64,000 nucleotides of DNA from Amphiscolops sp. MND2022. Lineage: Eukaryota. The translations under genes and the position numbers were made by a program. Numbering within the stretch: the first letter of the stretch is position 1; each line of letters opens with the position of its first letter. Location: contig OZ076414.1 in assembly GCA_964187785.1 (NCBI GenBank), forward strand, positions 11,904,001-11,968,000, written 5' to 3'. This document shows positions 13,351 to 27,200 of this stretch, piece by piece. Below the pieces are notes generated by a model, which worked only from the letters and a program-made list of their open reading frames with translations, was not told the DNA's origin and did no database searches.

Positions 13351-14049
13351 TGAACTACAAGTCTTTTTTCTGCTTGAAACTGTTACGTGGGAACTCGCGC
13401 ACATCTTCGGGAAATTTGTCATGATCAATGGGTTGATTCAAAACCAAGTTGTTGATCGCAAGTTCATGGACATCACGATTCTGATCTAACAGCAAATCCT
13501 TGACACCATGCATCGTATTGGCATGCTCATGCAGTTCAGAATCCAGGTCCCGCAAGGCCAGGACAACAACACTTACTCCTGAAGGAGCACTCTGCACTGC
13601 CTTGTCACTTAGTTCATTCAATGCATGCGTTGTTTGCGAAGGAACATTGGTCACGTGAGAAGTTACCAAATAGTCAGAGCCAACAGCCTCGGCAAAATCT
13701 ATCCAATCTTCGGAATAATCAGGATAGAAATCATCGTGGACAGATTGCGTCCCATCATCGGAGGACGGCACTGCTTCTTGCAGCGGTGTCAAACTATCCA
13801 ATTGAGGTTGACGACGGAGAATACGATGATCCTGAGCCGGAACTGCAGGGTCCACATTCCGCAAATGGCTAGGTGAATCATCCTGCGACAGGAAATTTGA
13901 AAATTCTGCAACAGTGGGCAACTGCGCAAATCATAGGGTCCCTTGCTCAACCCGTCAGCGGTACGGTGTTGAGTTCGGGGGCGATGCTCTACCCGGAACT
14001 GGTGTTTTCGAGGGTCATTATCCGCCGTTCAATCATTGCTTGGTCAGTG

Positions 14050-15320
14050 GAGTAGGTTTTTAACCAAGGCATTGCCTGGGTGTCAACCCACAGGGTGAAC
14101 TTTCGAGCACGAAGGTAGCTGTTGTTTTTCGGCGTACATCTCGAGGTTGGGTGCACCGTACTTGGCTTGGGTGGTGGTCAACTTTTTGCTCCCATACACT
14201 AACGGACGAAGTCGAAGTTTTCTGTGAGGACCTTGCCATTGATGCAAGATACCCAAATTCGTCACAGAGCTGGCGTCAGTATCAAGGACGAACTCAACTT
14301 CTGAGTCGAGCTTCGCTAGCGCAGTCGCGTCAATCAAAGATTTTTTTTATCTTGATGAAAGCCACTTGTTGCTCTGGACCCCACGCAAAAGTTGCGTTCA
14401 GTCCCGTTACCGCATGCAAGGGTGCCACCAGTTTCGCATGCCACGGGATGAATTCTCGGTGGTAATTAGCGAAACCTAAAAAGATCTGCATTTCGGTCTT
14501 GTTGCGAGGTACTTCCCAGTCTCTCAATTTAGGGATTGGGTTTTATTCCTTCTGCAGACACTACACAACCCAGGTACTTGATTTTTGATTTCATGAAATC
14601 ACACTTTGCCACTCGCATCTTGAAGCCTGCCTCACGAAGACACTCGAAGACTTCCTGCAAACGGACCATGCCCATACCGTTTTTGTGGCTTTGACGATAT
14701 CGTCGATATACGCCTTACCATACTTCCCTCACGATTCACTATCTTCTGTAGCGCACGCGCTATTGCTCGTTTAAACTGGCAGAGGCACATACCAAAAGGC
14801 ATTCGTCGCCACTCAAAGAGACCAAGCTCGCAAGAAAAAGCGGTCTTTTCGAGTCGGGATTTTCGGACAGGTATCTGTCAAAAAGGTCAGGCAAGATCTA
14901 TACTTGTATAGATCTTCGCCTTGCCTAGCCTTGCTAGACCCTCATCTATCCGAAGTAGGGGATAAGCATTTTTGGCGGTCACTTCAATCAGAGGCCGGAA
15001 GTCGCAACGGAATCTCAGCTCGCCATTCTTTTCTTCACCATCACTATGCGACTAGCCAAAGGGGACCGTGACGGTTGAATCATCCTTAGCGCCAGGAAGT
15101 TTCGTACCTCCTGGTTGGCACGCTCTGCCTTTTCTGGCGTCAATCGCCGCGCACCTTCTCGATGCGGGATAGCTCCGGGCTCTACTTCAACCGGGTGTTT
15201 AGCTATTTTACACCTACCTATGCACGCTTTATGTTTCATTAACAGGTCACTAAAGTACCCAAAGATTCGCAGGCACTCGTACCAAACAAAGTCTTCACCT
15301 CTTTGAGTTGAGACTCTGGT
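14050..15320 (-). pseudogene. pol: RT and RNase H of E
   Basis: IQPSRSPLASRIVMV, MPFG, AYIDDI, FLGFANYHREFIP, FVLDTDASS, YGSKKLT..Q.KY...LEMYA. Confidence 0.9.
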
Positions 15321-15636
15321 CCCGGAATGGAAGCCATCAATTCTTGATCGGTTCGCTTACGCACCTCTTTTTCGGATAAACCTTTTTACTAGGGTCAGGT
15401 GACGACAAAAACTCGAAAGCAGAGGAAGACGTTAACTCATAACCATTTGACAGATTCAATTGCTCATACACTTTACAAACTAAATTGGTTACAGTTCTCC
15501 AGACTGGACTGGCGATGGTTGAGGTACCGCCCGGTAAACCAGGGTCACGGGTACTACGTTACCTGCGGGTTACTTGTTAAGTTGACTAACCTGAAGTATA
15601 TCATGCCTGCCTCGCCAACAGTGACCACGCTGTCCT

Positions 15637-16160
15637 CTAAAAAAGTACGTTATGCAGAGATACGTCCGTAAAAGAGGCGTTAAGTGCCACACTTCGAAAA
15701 ATCCACGGTTCCAAATGTTCGCTAACCACAGTTGCACACGCTATCATCCTTTCAAAATGTTGCAACACGACCTGCTGTTTCAGTGCTACTGGTACGGAAG
15801 AGTCTGGAACACTAACCTGAGGGTTTGCTTGTTGCCAAACGGGCTTCACTGGTTTTTTCATATCGGTAAAATCGACCAAGACGCGGTAAGGTCGCAAGAA
15901 GTTCCTTCCCAACAGGAAGTTTTCAAACCCCATGACGTCATCCACCACCACGAAATTGGTTTCCAAGTCATACCGTCCTAACTGGAAACGCATGTTTCCG
16001 GCCAGACCAAAAGTTTTAATGGTCTTCCCGTTCGCAGCATACAAGTATATACCGTAAGGGTGCAAGACGGTACCCGTTTGCACGGCCGGCTACCCGGTTA
16101 AAATCAGAAAATGTCAGGATCGACACTCCGCCGGACCCGATATCCACCAATCCTCTCAAG
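15637..16160 (-). pseudogene. Aspartic protease of E (active site degenerate: LVDIGSG)
   Basis: LVD(I)GSG..SIL at ~16120-16150; LYAANG; FLLGRNFL. Confidence 0.8.
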
Positions 16161-16659
16161 GGCACTGGGCTGCACCGGGCACGACGAAGGATGTCACAAG
16201 CGACCCACGCTCATTTATGCGAGCCTCCCTGTAGGTTCCTGTCGACTGATTTTGTAACATCACAATTCATGGGGTCCCAAAAACACACTGCCATGGCTGT
16301 GTACATCCATGACAATGCGGGCATCGAATTTCATTTCAACGCTATCTAGCACAGCTGTTACCGGTGAGCAAGTTACAGTGAGCAAAGTGCCCAACAGAGG
16401 TTGTTCAGCAGGACGAAGCATGAATACACGATCATCCAATAGAATAGTTTGTGCAGCCACACCCGCGGCTTCAGTCTCGGCCCACCGTTCATAAGCGAAG
16501 TTATCAGTGGCTGGGTTTTCCATTCACAGCGAGGCTATGTGATCAAGCACACCGTAGTTGGCGCAGAATCCTACCGCAGGGCACTCCTTGGTCATTGGTT
16601 CAAGGTAACCCTCAATCGTGGCTTTAACCGCTTCTTTAGGTCCAGGAGAGTTTAACGCT

Positions 16660-17700
16660 GGTTTGCGTACCGTATCTCTTTGGTGGCACTCACGAGCAAA
16701 ATGTCCACCCTGCCCACAGCTGAAGCAAGCACCTAGTACTGGGAGCAGGATGTACTGGTAACACCGGTGCCTCGGTTGGTGCCATCGGACGAGGCAACAC
16801 TCCTTGGGAAACCAACAATTTATTCGGTGACAATGGTACGAAGGGATGAGGTCGCGACCTCATTGCATTCCGATGATCATAGGGTTGTGACACTTTCGTA
16901 CGGTTGCGTTGTAGCTGACGTGCAGTAAACCGCAAAGTTTCCACGGTTGGCGGGTTCGTCAAAAAGTCTTCAGAAGCGTAGACAATAGCCAACTCTCGCT
17001 TCAAGATCGGGTCACGAACTCCATCCGTGAAACGTTGCAAAATCTCATACCGCTTGTCGTTTATTGATTCGTCAGGGTATACTTGGCTGCGAAGTCCTTC
17101 CAACGCATCCAGATACTGCATCACGTCTTCCTTTCCAAGCTGATTCCGGTATTTGAACGTTATTCGCACTTGCATGCGGTTGCTGCCAGTGTCAAATCTG
17201 CTTGCCAGCGGCTCGAAGACATTCTCCGATGTATCACGCTCGGATTCAGCCTGGTGAATGATGTAGTTACGAGCTTCACCTTCCTTCCAAATGACCGATA
17301 ATGCTCCATGCCTTATCATTGGGAGACGCTTTTGACTAAGTCCTCTGCAGATATCTGCGCATCACCAAGATCCATCCGTCAATGGAGCCTTCACGACACA
17401 CTCGATATACGTTGGGCTTGGCTTGCGTTTCCTTCCCTGCGGCCAACAAAGGTGCCAGCTCCTTGGACATCACCTCGGAGATAGCAGCCGTAAACCGCAA
17501 CTGCTCTGAAGCAATCACCTCCTGTTTTTCTTGCTCAGTCAGCGTCACGCCCCAGCTGCTCGTAGTGGCCTGTGCGGACGAGTCCATGACCACTTGGTCT
17601 TTCTTGCCAGTGCTGCTTGCGCAAAAGTCACATACCGCCTTACTATCCTCAGTAGTCACATATAAAAAACTAGGCCCAGAGGCCATGGTCTAAGCAGAAA
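16660..17700 (-). pseudogene. gag: gag of E with CCHC zinc knuckle
   Basis: SIDGWILVMRRYL, YLDALEGLRSQ, CFSCGQGGHFAREC at 16686-16727. Confidence 0.85.
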
Positions 17701-18130
17701 CATACACCTCACCTATGGAAGAGCCCCATGCTGCTCTAGTACTGGACACCTCCTCGACAGTGGAATCCAAAATGATCGGATCCACACCTTGCTCGCGTGT
17801 GTCTATCGTGGCCGACCGAAACGTTGTTCTGGAATCCTGCTGATTACGAAAGCGCACTTCAGGGCGATTCCTACCTTGTACACAAGCAGGTTCTTGTCCC
17901 ACACCCTGACTAGACTCCCTCAGGCACTTCATCATAGTCCCCAGAATGGGTCTAGACGACACAGTGGGTCTAGAGGACGGACCTGGTTCATAGGCCTTCG
18001 GCCACGCTCGCCATCTGCTTTTTGATCTCACGCGGGGGTCTTACAGCCTGACGGATTTGCCCTTGCGTCATTGTACTCATTTTATCTCGCACTTTTTATT
18101 ATACGCACTTCTCTTCGTGTGAGAAAGTCA

Positions 18131-18900
18131 TTAATCTTGCCAATGCGATGCCCCATGACTTCCACACGGGGGCAGTCTGCGTAGACTGGGCAGATCGCAA
18201 TCGCTCGCTTGCAACTCCTCCTGCACAGACTTCTGCACCGTTTCAATCTCGGCGGTGATCATCTGATGTTCATGGCATTCAGCACGTGTGGCGGCTAAAC
18301 GAGCAATAGCATGTTGGGCCTCCGCTTCCGCTTCAATCACTGCAGTTCGTGCAGCAGCCTCCTGCTTAGCTCTTGCATAAACGGACGTTCGTATTGACGA
18401 CACCGTAGAACCATCCGTTTGTTGATTACGAGGCTCACCCCCTCTCTGGCCCTTACTCCATTGCAACCATACATCGGTGTGACCTCCTCTTTTTCTGATT
18501 GCCGGACGTACCCGGCTCCGTCTCAGTCATACGCCTTTGGGCACAACTCTTTCCACCCAGACAAGTTAGGTTCTGCAACAACTCCTGGAAATCGCGACAC
18601 ATCATTCTCTCAGTTCCACAGGGCGCTCGCGATCAGCCCAGTCTTTCTGGGCTCCTACCAACATCGACAACATTTTCCCTTTCAGACCCTCGCGAAGAGA
18701 GTGGGGTCACCCGTCCACCGCTCGCTTTTCGTACCCACAATTCGGTACGACGCGGTCTCTCGGATTCGTTAGATGTCTCAGGCCCATTAGTGCAAGGTGC
18801 CATGGCGTCCAACTCCTCCTGGCGCTGCTGTGCATTGGTAACTTCATCAGACATCACTTCTGAAAAAAAAGTGCGCGACTTACTGAAGGCTCAGACGAAA
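18131..18900 (-). pseudogene. Coiled-coil/low-complexity ORF upstream of E gag (probable Gag N-terminus)
   Basis: STVSSIRTS..RAKQEAAARTAVIEAEAEAQ helical run. Confidence 0.45.
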
Positions 18901-21567
18901 ATGCCGTGACTCCTGCTTGAGGTTTGAGACTTATGACGATGCCCAAACCCGCCCGCCATGTCGAGTCCATACTACCTTCGTCCTCAGACATGCTAGACCC
19001 AGTGACAGACGAGGTGCTCTGACCTCCATCGATCCCTTGTAACAGGAACAGAAAGTAACGTATGGTGTTTCCTAGCCACGCCATAGTCATGGGGGAGATT
19101 TAACGTACTATTATCCGTACTTCTCGAACAGGTCAAAGTCACTCCTAGGGTTTGTAGCAAGCTGTAATATGTTCAGGCACTTGCTGCGCACCCACAAGCT
19201 CCGAAAATCAGCTTGGTTCCCCACAAACGAATTTCTTTGACCAGCACGAGGTGTTTGAAACAAAGTCCAAAATTCCTGAAACGGGACCAAATAAACACAA
19301 ATAGCTCGTACACGTCACCTAGGCGCCGGATCAGAGTGTCTTATACCCACGCCGGTATACGAAATTGAGCACCAATTTGTGCGCCGAGGATTGTACACAG
19401 ATGCACCTTTGTCCAGACGTGCGGTACCACTATATTCCAATATGGACTACTTTTCACGCTTAAGTCCAAATTCTGATCCACTGGAAAGAGCTAGCAGGCT
19501 CACTTTCTCAGCACCGACGCAGCAACGGATACTAGTTGCGCTGGTGAGCTGCAGTTTGACCTCGCTCGTCAGCCAAGGTGCTCCGGTTTTCCTGAAAAGT
19601 TCCAAAAAAATCACCTTTTTGCACACCTTTTTATGCGGTCCGTTTTCGTCATTTTCTCGACAAGTACTGTACCAATTGACACCACCAAAATCGGTAGGCG
19701 CTGCCACTAGTCACCCACAATACTGTTGGAATAGTCAGATATAAGCGCACAAGCTTATCTGAGGATCCGACCAGGTATAGGTACTGTGTCAAAAAAACAG
19801 TACTTTTTACGACCGCAAAATGGCTGAGAGCGACACACCAAAAAATGATAGGGTGGGCAGAATGGGACCAACGTGTTGCCCCACTAGCCACAGCAATACC
19901 ACATGCCCTCAATTAGCTGTGCCCATTAGGTATAAGGCACTGAAAGTCCTGCAGTTTTAGGATTTTTTTGCGCGACTTCAGAGAGCTCTTCTCGACTTTG
20001 GCTAGCCCTAGGCCTACCAAAAATTCGGCACAAATGTTAATTTTAGTGGTGGTTGCGAAAATGCAACCACTTTTTAGCTAGGGTTCAGGATTCAAAGACA
20101 GTCCGGTTTTGTGGAAATTTGGTCAAATTCAGTGCGTTTTTCCATTTTTCTCAGCACTGAATGGGAATTTTTACACGCGCTTTTCACTCCCACACGTTAT
20201 TTCTACCACACAAACAGAAAATGGGAGCGCACGGGCTCACTTCTAACGTTTAAGCCTCACACTTAGGTGATTCTCACCTTACACTTCAGTCAGGCCAGAA
20301 ACACACAAAAACGTGAGTTTTTACGGAAACACCGGTTTAATAGTGTTTTTCTCAACCACAAAAGTTGCAATTAGTGCCCTGAGGAGTTTCTCTGCTCGCG
20401 GAACTACAGTGCACCAATCTTTCACTACAATGAACCTAGATACACTTGTGTTTCTGGGCTCTATTTTGACGCTTTTTCCATTTTTCCGCATTTTTCAAAA
20501 CAATTTCAACACTTTTTCCATTTTGGCACTGTTCGCTCTACATTCCAGTTTTTTCTCGCTGTTTGGGTGCTGACCATAACGTTTTTTGCAAGGTTTCTCT
20601 CAGTTAAGCGAACACAGGTGCTCAAAACCAAGAAAAACATTAAAAATACCTAAAAATAGGTTTTGCTACAAAAACGGTTATTTCTGCGTACAAAACGTTT
20701 CACAGTGTGTCGTTACACTTGCAAAAGAACACTACTGACATGCACCAGAGATTCCTTATCGAAAAAGGTACGAATCTAAAAATTTCGCAAACCATGATCC
20801 AACTGAGTGACTTTTTTAGACTTGGGGGGTGCATCTTCGCTGCGCTTTTTCTCTAAATCCAGACCACCTAGAGACACGCGGTTTGAACTGTTAGCACGGT
20901 CTACTCTTGCACGAGTTGTCCACCAAAAACCATCCCTCTAAGACGTTATCACGAGAAACGGGAGTTGACAAACCACAGCACACAATTTCACCCCTCCGTC
21001 GCTCGACTGGATGATGGCTATCCACCCTTCTGTCCTCCTTTTGTTTGGCATGAAATGGCAAAAAACAGCTTGCAAAACCTGTTAAACACCCGTAACTACG
21101 TGCTACGACCATCTGTACATGCTAAAAGGACACCCGCTGATGGGTACATCACACATCACAGAAATACATGAATTTGGCGACTTTGTCCACGGTTTTTTCT
21201 GGCACAACACTGTTTCGGGTTTCCACAAGACGTAATACGACTAAAAATGGGTGAAACTCTGCTCTCTCCTTCCATCAGAGTCAGGACGTTCTTGGTGCCG
21301 TTCATCAGGGGGCCGGTTTTTTTAACAACCGCTAGGGAAAGCGTCCCAAGACCATCAATCTGTGGTCCCAAAAAATGAGGTTTTATGTAATGACAAGCGC
21401 TAGCGCTTAACCATAACAAGAAGTGGAGGGACCAAAACCACGGATAAGGTTCAGGACCAAAACCTCCATGACCTTGGCTCATTTTGCCTTTTAGGATATG
21501 CCTGTCCCGAGTGGGGGGATGTCTTGACGGGTACTTTCTGGCCTAGTCCTAATCTGTAATTGCTAGA

Positions 21568-22645
21568 GGTAACAGGTATCAACCGTAATGAGGACCACGG
21601 GTTTACTAGCCTATAAAAACAGGGTTGAAAGGTTCCAAAATGAATTAGTGCCAGTTTTTGAGGTTACAACAAGTCGAAATATAAGTTTTGTCAATTGAAT
21701 TCATCAAACGTAACTTTAATTTCATTATAGTGAAATTTTGATTTCAACAAGCAGCCTTCCGGAACTTTAATTTCAACACAGGAAATTCATTTTAGACACG
21801 TGAATTTTTTCTTCAACATTTGAAAACTTTAAACTTTAGCTGACAGTACATCTGAAATATAATGGCTCCACGTCGAAATTACAACAAGATTCCAGTTATT
21901 GACAAAACTCGTTTGCGGGAATCGTTCAACAGAGAAGATTTTCTACAACTTGCAATTTTTTTGGGAATCAATCGAATCACCGCTTACTTGATTGTGAATA
22001 GAGACCAAGACGGAGAAAGGGGTGGAAACAGGCAAACAAAGGTTGATGATGAGATCAAAACAGCTATTCCTGATTTCCTTGAAAGTTATCCGCTCCTTAC
22101 CTCTGTTTTTGTATACTTTTCGAAATTGAATTTCATGTGTTGAAATTAAAGTTCCGGAATGCCTCTTGTCGGAATCAAAGTTCCGCAGCGTTGAAATGAA
22201 AGTTCCGATGTGTTGAAATCAATTGACAAATTGTCTAGTGTATATTAAGCTCTCGAGCATAAAGTTCTCATAAAAGTACATGAAACAAGCAACAAACGAA
22301 GTTTATACATGGTTGGCTCTATAGAACTCAGCGCGCAAGCTGTTCACGCCTCATGACACCAGGGGAGACTCTCAAGCAACTTCCATGACACGGGTTGTCA
22401 TCACACCAAAGTGGCGAATACCGCTCGTTTTCGAGAAAAACCGATACTTCCGCTGTTATACGCTGTTCTTTCTCTCTCGCTCGTCTCGCGGCGGCTTTTT
22501 TAACACACAGTTGCGTGGCAGGTACTGCTGTAGAGACCAGTGCACTGGGCCAAATTCTGTCACTTTTGCCACGTCGGCGCTGAACGAATTTTTGTTGAAC
22601 GAACATTTGACATCAAAACTTTGACCATCTGGAGTTGCCGTTACA
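21568..22645 (-). repeat. 5' LTR of E (~515 bp plus inserted transposon)
   Basis: Terminal IR (G)GTAAC...GTTACA; homology to 9125-9447. Confidence 0.75.
21681..22243 (+). mobile_element. Tc1/IS630-type DNA transposon deletion derivative with ~105-bp imperfect TIRs
   Basis: TIRs 21687-21790 / 22127-22230. Internal ORF 21862-22143 (YNKI..DK.RL..F...DF.QLA..LGINR.TAY.IV...RGG.R..KVD.E) resembles a transposase HTH. Absent from the 9125 LTR. TA-rich ends. Confidence 0.75.
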
Positions 22646-23188
22646 TTATTTATGAGATGTTAAGTTTTATTTCAGAAGAGTTGAACGGTCATTTGAAGTA
22701 CTTCAAAGAGACACTAACAGAGCTGCAGCATGTGATGCCATGATACATGTCTTCAAGAACTTTCAAATATCTTGAAGTCACCAAATTTTAGAAAGACATA
22801 TGTCATCACTTCATTTGTAGTTAACTGAAGTTGACTAGGTTGCTGACATTTGAAGATAACTTAATTAATACTTTGTGACAAAATAGTCAGTAGCCCATCT
22901 AACTCTTCCTTACTGTTGTCGCTATTGATTATTTAGCATGCCAATATAACTAGTTGTCAACATTGACGACTTTGTAGACTATATTTACTTGAAGAAAGTT
23001 AGAGTATTAACTGAAGAACGGTTTCTATCTGAAAGAAGTACTTAACTGAGTTCTCACAGATATTGAAGATAGCTAGCTAAACAGTAAATTTGGTATTTTT
23101 TCAGACGAATTTGCTATTAGGAACCTTAGACTTCTTATGTGCTCCAAAAATAAATAAAAACCACCACCACATAAATTTTTACAGCTCA
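22646..23188 (+). repeat. Probable 5' LTR of B (left end undefined)
   Basis: Ends in CA two bases before a PBS-like sequence; AATAAA nearby. No partner LTR in the window. Confidence 0.4.
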
Positions 23189-23190
23189 AT

Positions 23191-23200
23191 TAGTGCGATC
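23191..23200 (+). promoter_or_regulatory. Degenerate PBS of B (TAGTGCGATC)
   Basis: 8/10 match to D's TGGTGCGACC at the equivalent position. Confidence 0.55.
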
Positions 23201-23344
23201 ACGACAATTCTCTTTTCTCTCCCTCTAGTACCTCAACTTCACTCTTCTTGTACATCTTTTATCGACTTTATCATCAGATACATCTTTGGTTGACATACCG
23301 CCTCTCCTCCTCTCTGTATAGTACCCAGCTACTGATCCAACGTT

Positions 23345-23635
23345 GCAGCCAATTTCCCTTGAAATTGATTCGTGTTGCTATTGTTCTGACTACGTTCCTA
23401 AACGTAATTCCTGTCAGTCAAATTCTTCGGTTCTGACTGCGTTCCAAAACGTAATTCCTGTCAGTTAAATTTCTTTGGTTCTGACTGCGTCATAAACTTA
23501 ATTCCTGTCAGTTCAAATTTTTTTCCGTTCCAACCACTATGGACTGAATTCGTGTTGGTTAATTTATCTCTTCTTTCCGTTCCAACCGCAGACGTGCGAT
23601 ACGTGTTGGCCTTTCTACAGTGCTATCCAGCAATT
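23345..23635 (+). repeat. Tandem bulged-hairpin array in B leader (~45-nt units)
   Basis: CTGAC...GTCAG x3, CCAAC...GTTGG x2, GCAGC...GTTGC x1. Confidence 0.8.
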
Positions 23636-23924
23636 CCTGCTAGTATAAACACTTTGGTTCTAGCCACTTGGATCAACTTTAACGTTGGCACACCTACAAT
23701 ACATAAAACTACAACACTTTAATTTGATACACATTATTTCTCGAAATTTTTCAGTAAATTCAATCTGCAACACTTTTCTAAAACTAAATCTAACGGATCC
23801 AAATATTTTACATAAATTTTAATTTAACCTATAAAATAACTTTCAAACCCTATACCATCTATTTAACATTTCACTACAGTGTATACTATGTTACAACTTC
23901 TAAAACACTACTGTCTCGTTCCTT

Positions 23925-24044
23925 ATGCCTTCAGCTGATGATATAGTTAAGTTCTTCATATTTCTTTGGTTCGCTTCTGCATTCTTTGCTGGTATTGCTC
24001 TTTTCTTTGACAACATTCTAGTACCTTTTATACCTAAGTTCTAA
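23925..24044 (+). CDS. 39-aa hydrophobic uORF (MPSADDIVKFFIFLWFASAFFAGIALFFDNILVPFIPKF)
   Basis: Intact ATG-TAA; ungapped homologue at 43272 in D. Confidence 0.6.
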   Translation: MPSADDIVKFFIFLWFASAFFAGIALFFDNILVPFIPKF

Positions 24045-24296
24045 AATATAACTCTCTTCTTTATGTGTACAAGTCTAATACTACCTCTTTTTGGACTACT
24101 TAGTATATACCAAACCTTTTCTACACTTATAACTTACATCCCGAATAAAATCCTTCTCTTTCTCTGTACAGTACTTACAATAACTCTCCAAATTGTCTCT
24201 CCATAAAACTCCAATTTTGATACAAAAAATCTTTTTATACCATGCATATACCCTTTATGGAAGACCTATTCTACTAACTGAATATATAATAACACA

Positions 24297-27200
24297 ATGC
24301 TTCCTCCTCCTTTTGTGTTATCTACAGACCAACGTCAAAAATGTTCCTTAACTCAAGATGTAATACCATTTCTAAACAACATCATATTCAGTACACAAAC
24401 CCACTCTCCTCTCATTTGAAACAGAACCTCATAATAAACATAATATTCCGTTGGTAAAAGAACATTATGATTCTGATTTACACTACTTCCGATATAAAAC
24501 ACCGAACCTTTACGTTCACAAAATCCATTTCAAATTAATTTTAACCCAGTTAAAGGTATAAATACAGGAACATATTATAGAACAATCCACCCGCAAAAAA
24601 TATCTTTATCTATACAAGATGTTTTCATTATTTACATGGACAAACTTATAGACCATAATGAAAATCTAGACACATCAGTAAATCTTCCTTCTCATCTAGA
24701 AAGTCTAAAAGAGAAACATGAATATTTTGGAGTACCAAACCTCGAAATCAGAAAATCACGACATAATAGTCCGCATTGGTTACAACAAGATATAGCACAG
24801 ATTAAACAATTTCAATACGGATTCTTTCAAAACATTATACTTAATGGAGATACCATACCACAAATAAAAGTCTTTTCACACTTTTTATTGAAATTCCTCG
24901 GTTTCAATTACCAATTAACATGGTAACAACAAGATCGGAGTGCTTACATCAACTTCCCAAAGGTACTAACAGAAACTGAATTACTACCATCCAAAATTAA
25001 AAATACAAACAAACGTGTTTACTACAGAGACCCTCTCTCATTTAACATACTTATTTTGAACTAATCAATTATGACAATAATTTCATTTTAGAACATTCTG
25101 AAACATCAGATAATCGATAAAATACTAATCCTAATTTCACATCTGAACCTTTGCCTGACGAACATAATCCCCATATATTACAACATGATACTGGACAGAA
25201 TATTTTACATACCGATCAAGAGGTCCCTACAGAATTATTTCAAAACCAAGAAACTTCACACTTCAACAGTATATCAGATCCTTCTGAAACAGCTACAACA
25301 CAAAGTTTATCAGAAAAAGTACAAAGTCCAGTTCACAACATAACACAAACCATCGTAAATGACTATACTCCTAATGACACTATTCATAATACAAACCAAG
25401 ACAATACCTCTACACTATCCACATCAAATACGTGTACAACTCAAGAACTTCAACCACAACAAACTATACAACGAAATTATGATCCTCCTCCTCCTTCTCA
25501 TTATTCTCATCTAACTACTCCACATCTTTCTCCTCAACATGGATCTTCAAATACTCAAATCACAAATACAATACAATTTCAAACAACAACTCCAACAACA
25601 CAACCAGAAGTACCAAACTTAGCCTATACCCCAGCTCAAACTACTCAAACAAAAAATATGCAACCTGCATTAACAATTAATACACTCCAATCCAATCCAA
25701 TACCCAACTACACTTCCTCTAGGCATCTTTATAAACCTCCATTACAAACTATCCCAACTAACCCATTGTCAAATAGTCTTATTAGTACAAACCCTAATAA
25801 CACACAACCATTTCCCTAACACAAATAACAACCAACTCAATACTCTGAACTCTTCTTCCACATCTCAACAATCAAATACATCACAAAATATATTACAAAG
25901 CACTCAAGTTCAGATACTCAATCCTCCGTCTACAACTACTCGAACTAATCCTTACATAAATGCCACATATTCACAACCTGCTACATATCCACCAAATATA
26001 ACGTCTAATGTATCCAAAATACCTACATATAATGCAAATCCTACATCTACAAACCCTCAACCTACAATTTCACAACCAATATACATACTTCTTTCTACAT
26101 CAATCTCTGAACCTATTAAACTCTTTGATGGCTGAGATCCTAATTATACACCTGAAGAATACTGACAACAGATTGAAGCACGTGTAACATTCTCATTGCT
26201 CTTTAACTGGTACAGCTCTTAGCTGGTACATCCGTTTAAATGACACCTATAAACAAGATTGGCACGCCTTTGTACAAGCTTTCAAAAAACAATTCTCATC
26301 ACAGAAAAACGCTTACTATGCTCAACAAGTGGAAGCCCTCAACCTTACTAAAACGGATAACGAAACACTACGCCACTTTGCACTTGAAGTTCAACAGCTA
26401 GTTGAAAAAAGTTGGTGTAACGAGAATGCATCTACAATTAACCTAAAATGTACTGAAATTTTCACAAAAGGATTTCCTAAAAATCTCAAAGACTTTGCTA
26501 ACAAACCACAAGTAAAACACACCTCTACTGTTTTGGACCCTTCTAGTCCTTTTCATACACTCGTGAAACTCGTTGAAGCCGAAGACATTGCAAATGATAG
26601 AATTAGAACACATGATCTTGCACTAGAATTAAACAACGTTACAAATTAATTACAAACTCAAACTCGTGACTCTTCAAAACAAAAACAACTTATGTTTACA
26701 CGATCTCGAGAACCAAATAACAAAAATAATTCTGCATGAAAAAACATTGTTCTTTTTGTCATCGAACAAATCACTCCATCTCTGCCGGTTTCGAAAAACA
26801 ACGAGATGATGAAGACGAACGAGATGCTTGCGCTCGATCGAAATCTCCTCAAAAATCATTTGTACAGTACTTTCGTTCACCCTCGAACGATAGAACATGA
26901 GAAAACGATACACGCTATAGAAGCAGAAGTACGTCACGAACTAATTATTATAATAAAAATACAAATTCACAAAACATATATCGTTCTACATCTATAGACC
27001 GATTCAGTTATGACAAAAATACCCATCCTCTACAGTACACTCGATCACGATACGACAACTACAAAAGAGATTCCCGATCATACCGCTATCCTTACAGATC
27101 TTCTTACAGATCTCTTCATACACATGACTCTCGTCAAAAAAAGATCACGTTCATATTCAAGAGATAACAACAATTTTACAAGATACTCATCGTCCTATAG

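Larger units (their letters stand above)
9125..22645 (-). mobile_element. Element E: GC-balanced Ty3/gypsy LTR retrotransposon with extra 3' ORFs (degraded)
   Basis: Minus-strand gag-PR-RT-RH-INT order. Direct repeats at 9125-9447 and 21568-22645. No TSD found. Confidence 0.85.

Noticed and set aside
9631-19744. Many short + strand ORFs within E
   Set aside because: Shadows of minus-strand gag/pol in ~50% GC DNA; no motifs.
20891-21482. Minus ORFs in E leader (WFLVDNSC resembles the RNase H 'DGS' motif)
   Set aside because: The motif lies at the ORF end with no other RNase H residues; cannot be supported.
22646-23188. B 5' LTR pairing with 37630-38072
   Set aside because: No alignable similarity beyond TAGCTAGCTA; the latter is better read as C's 5' LTR.
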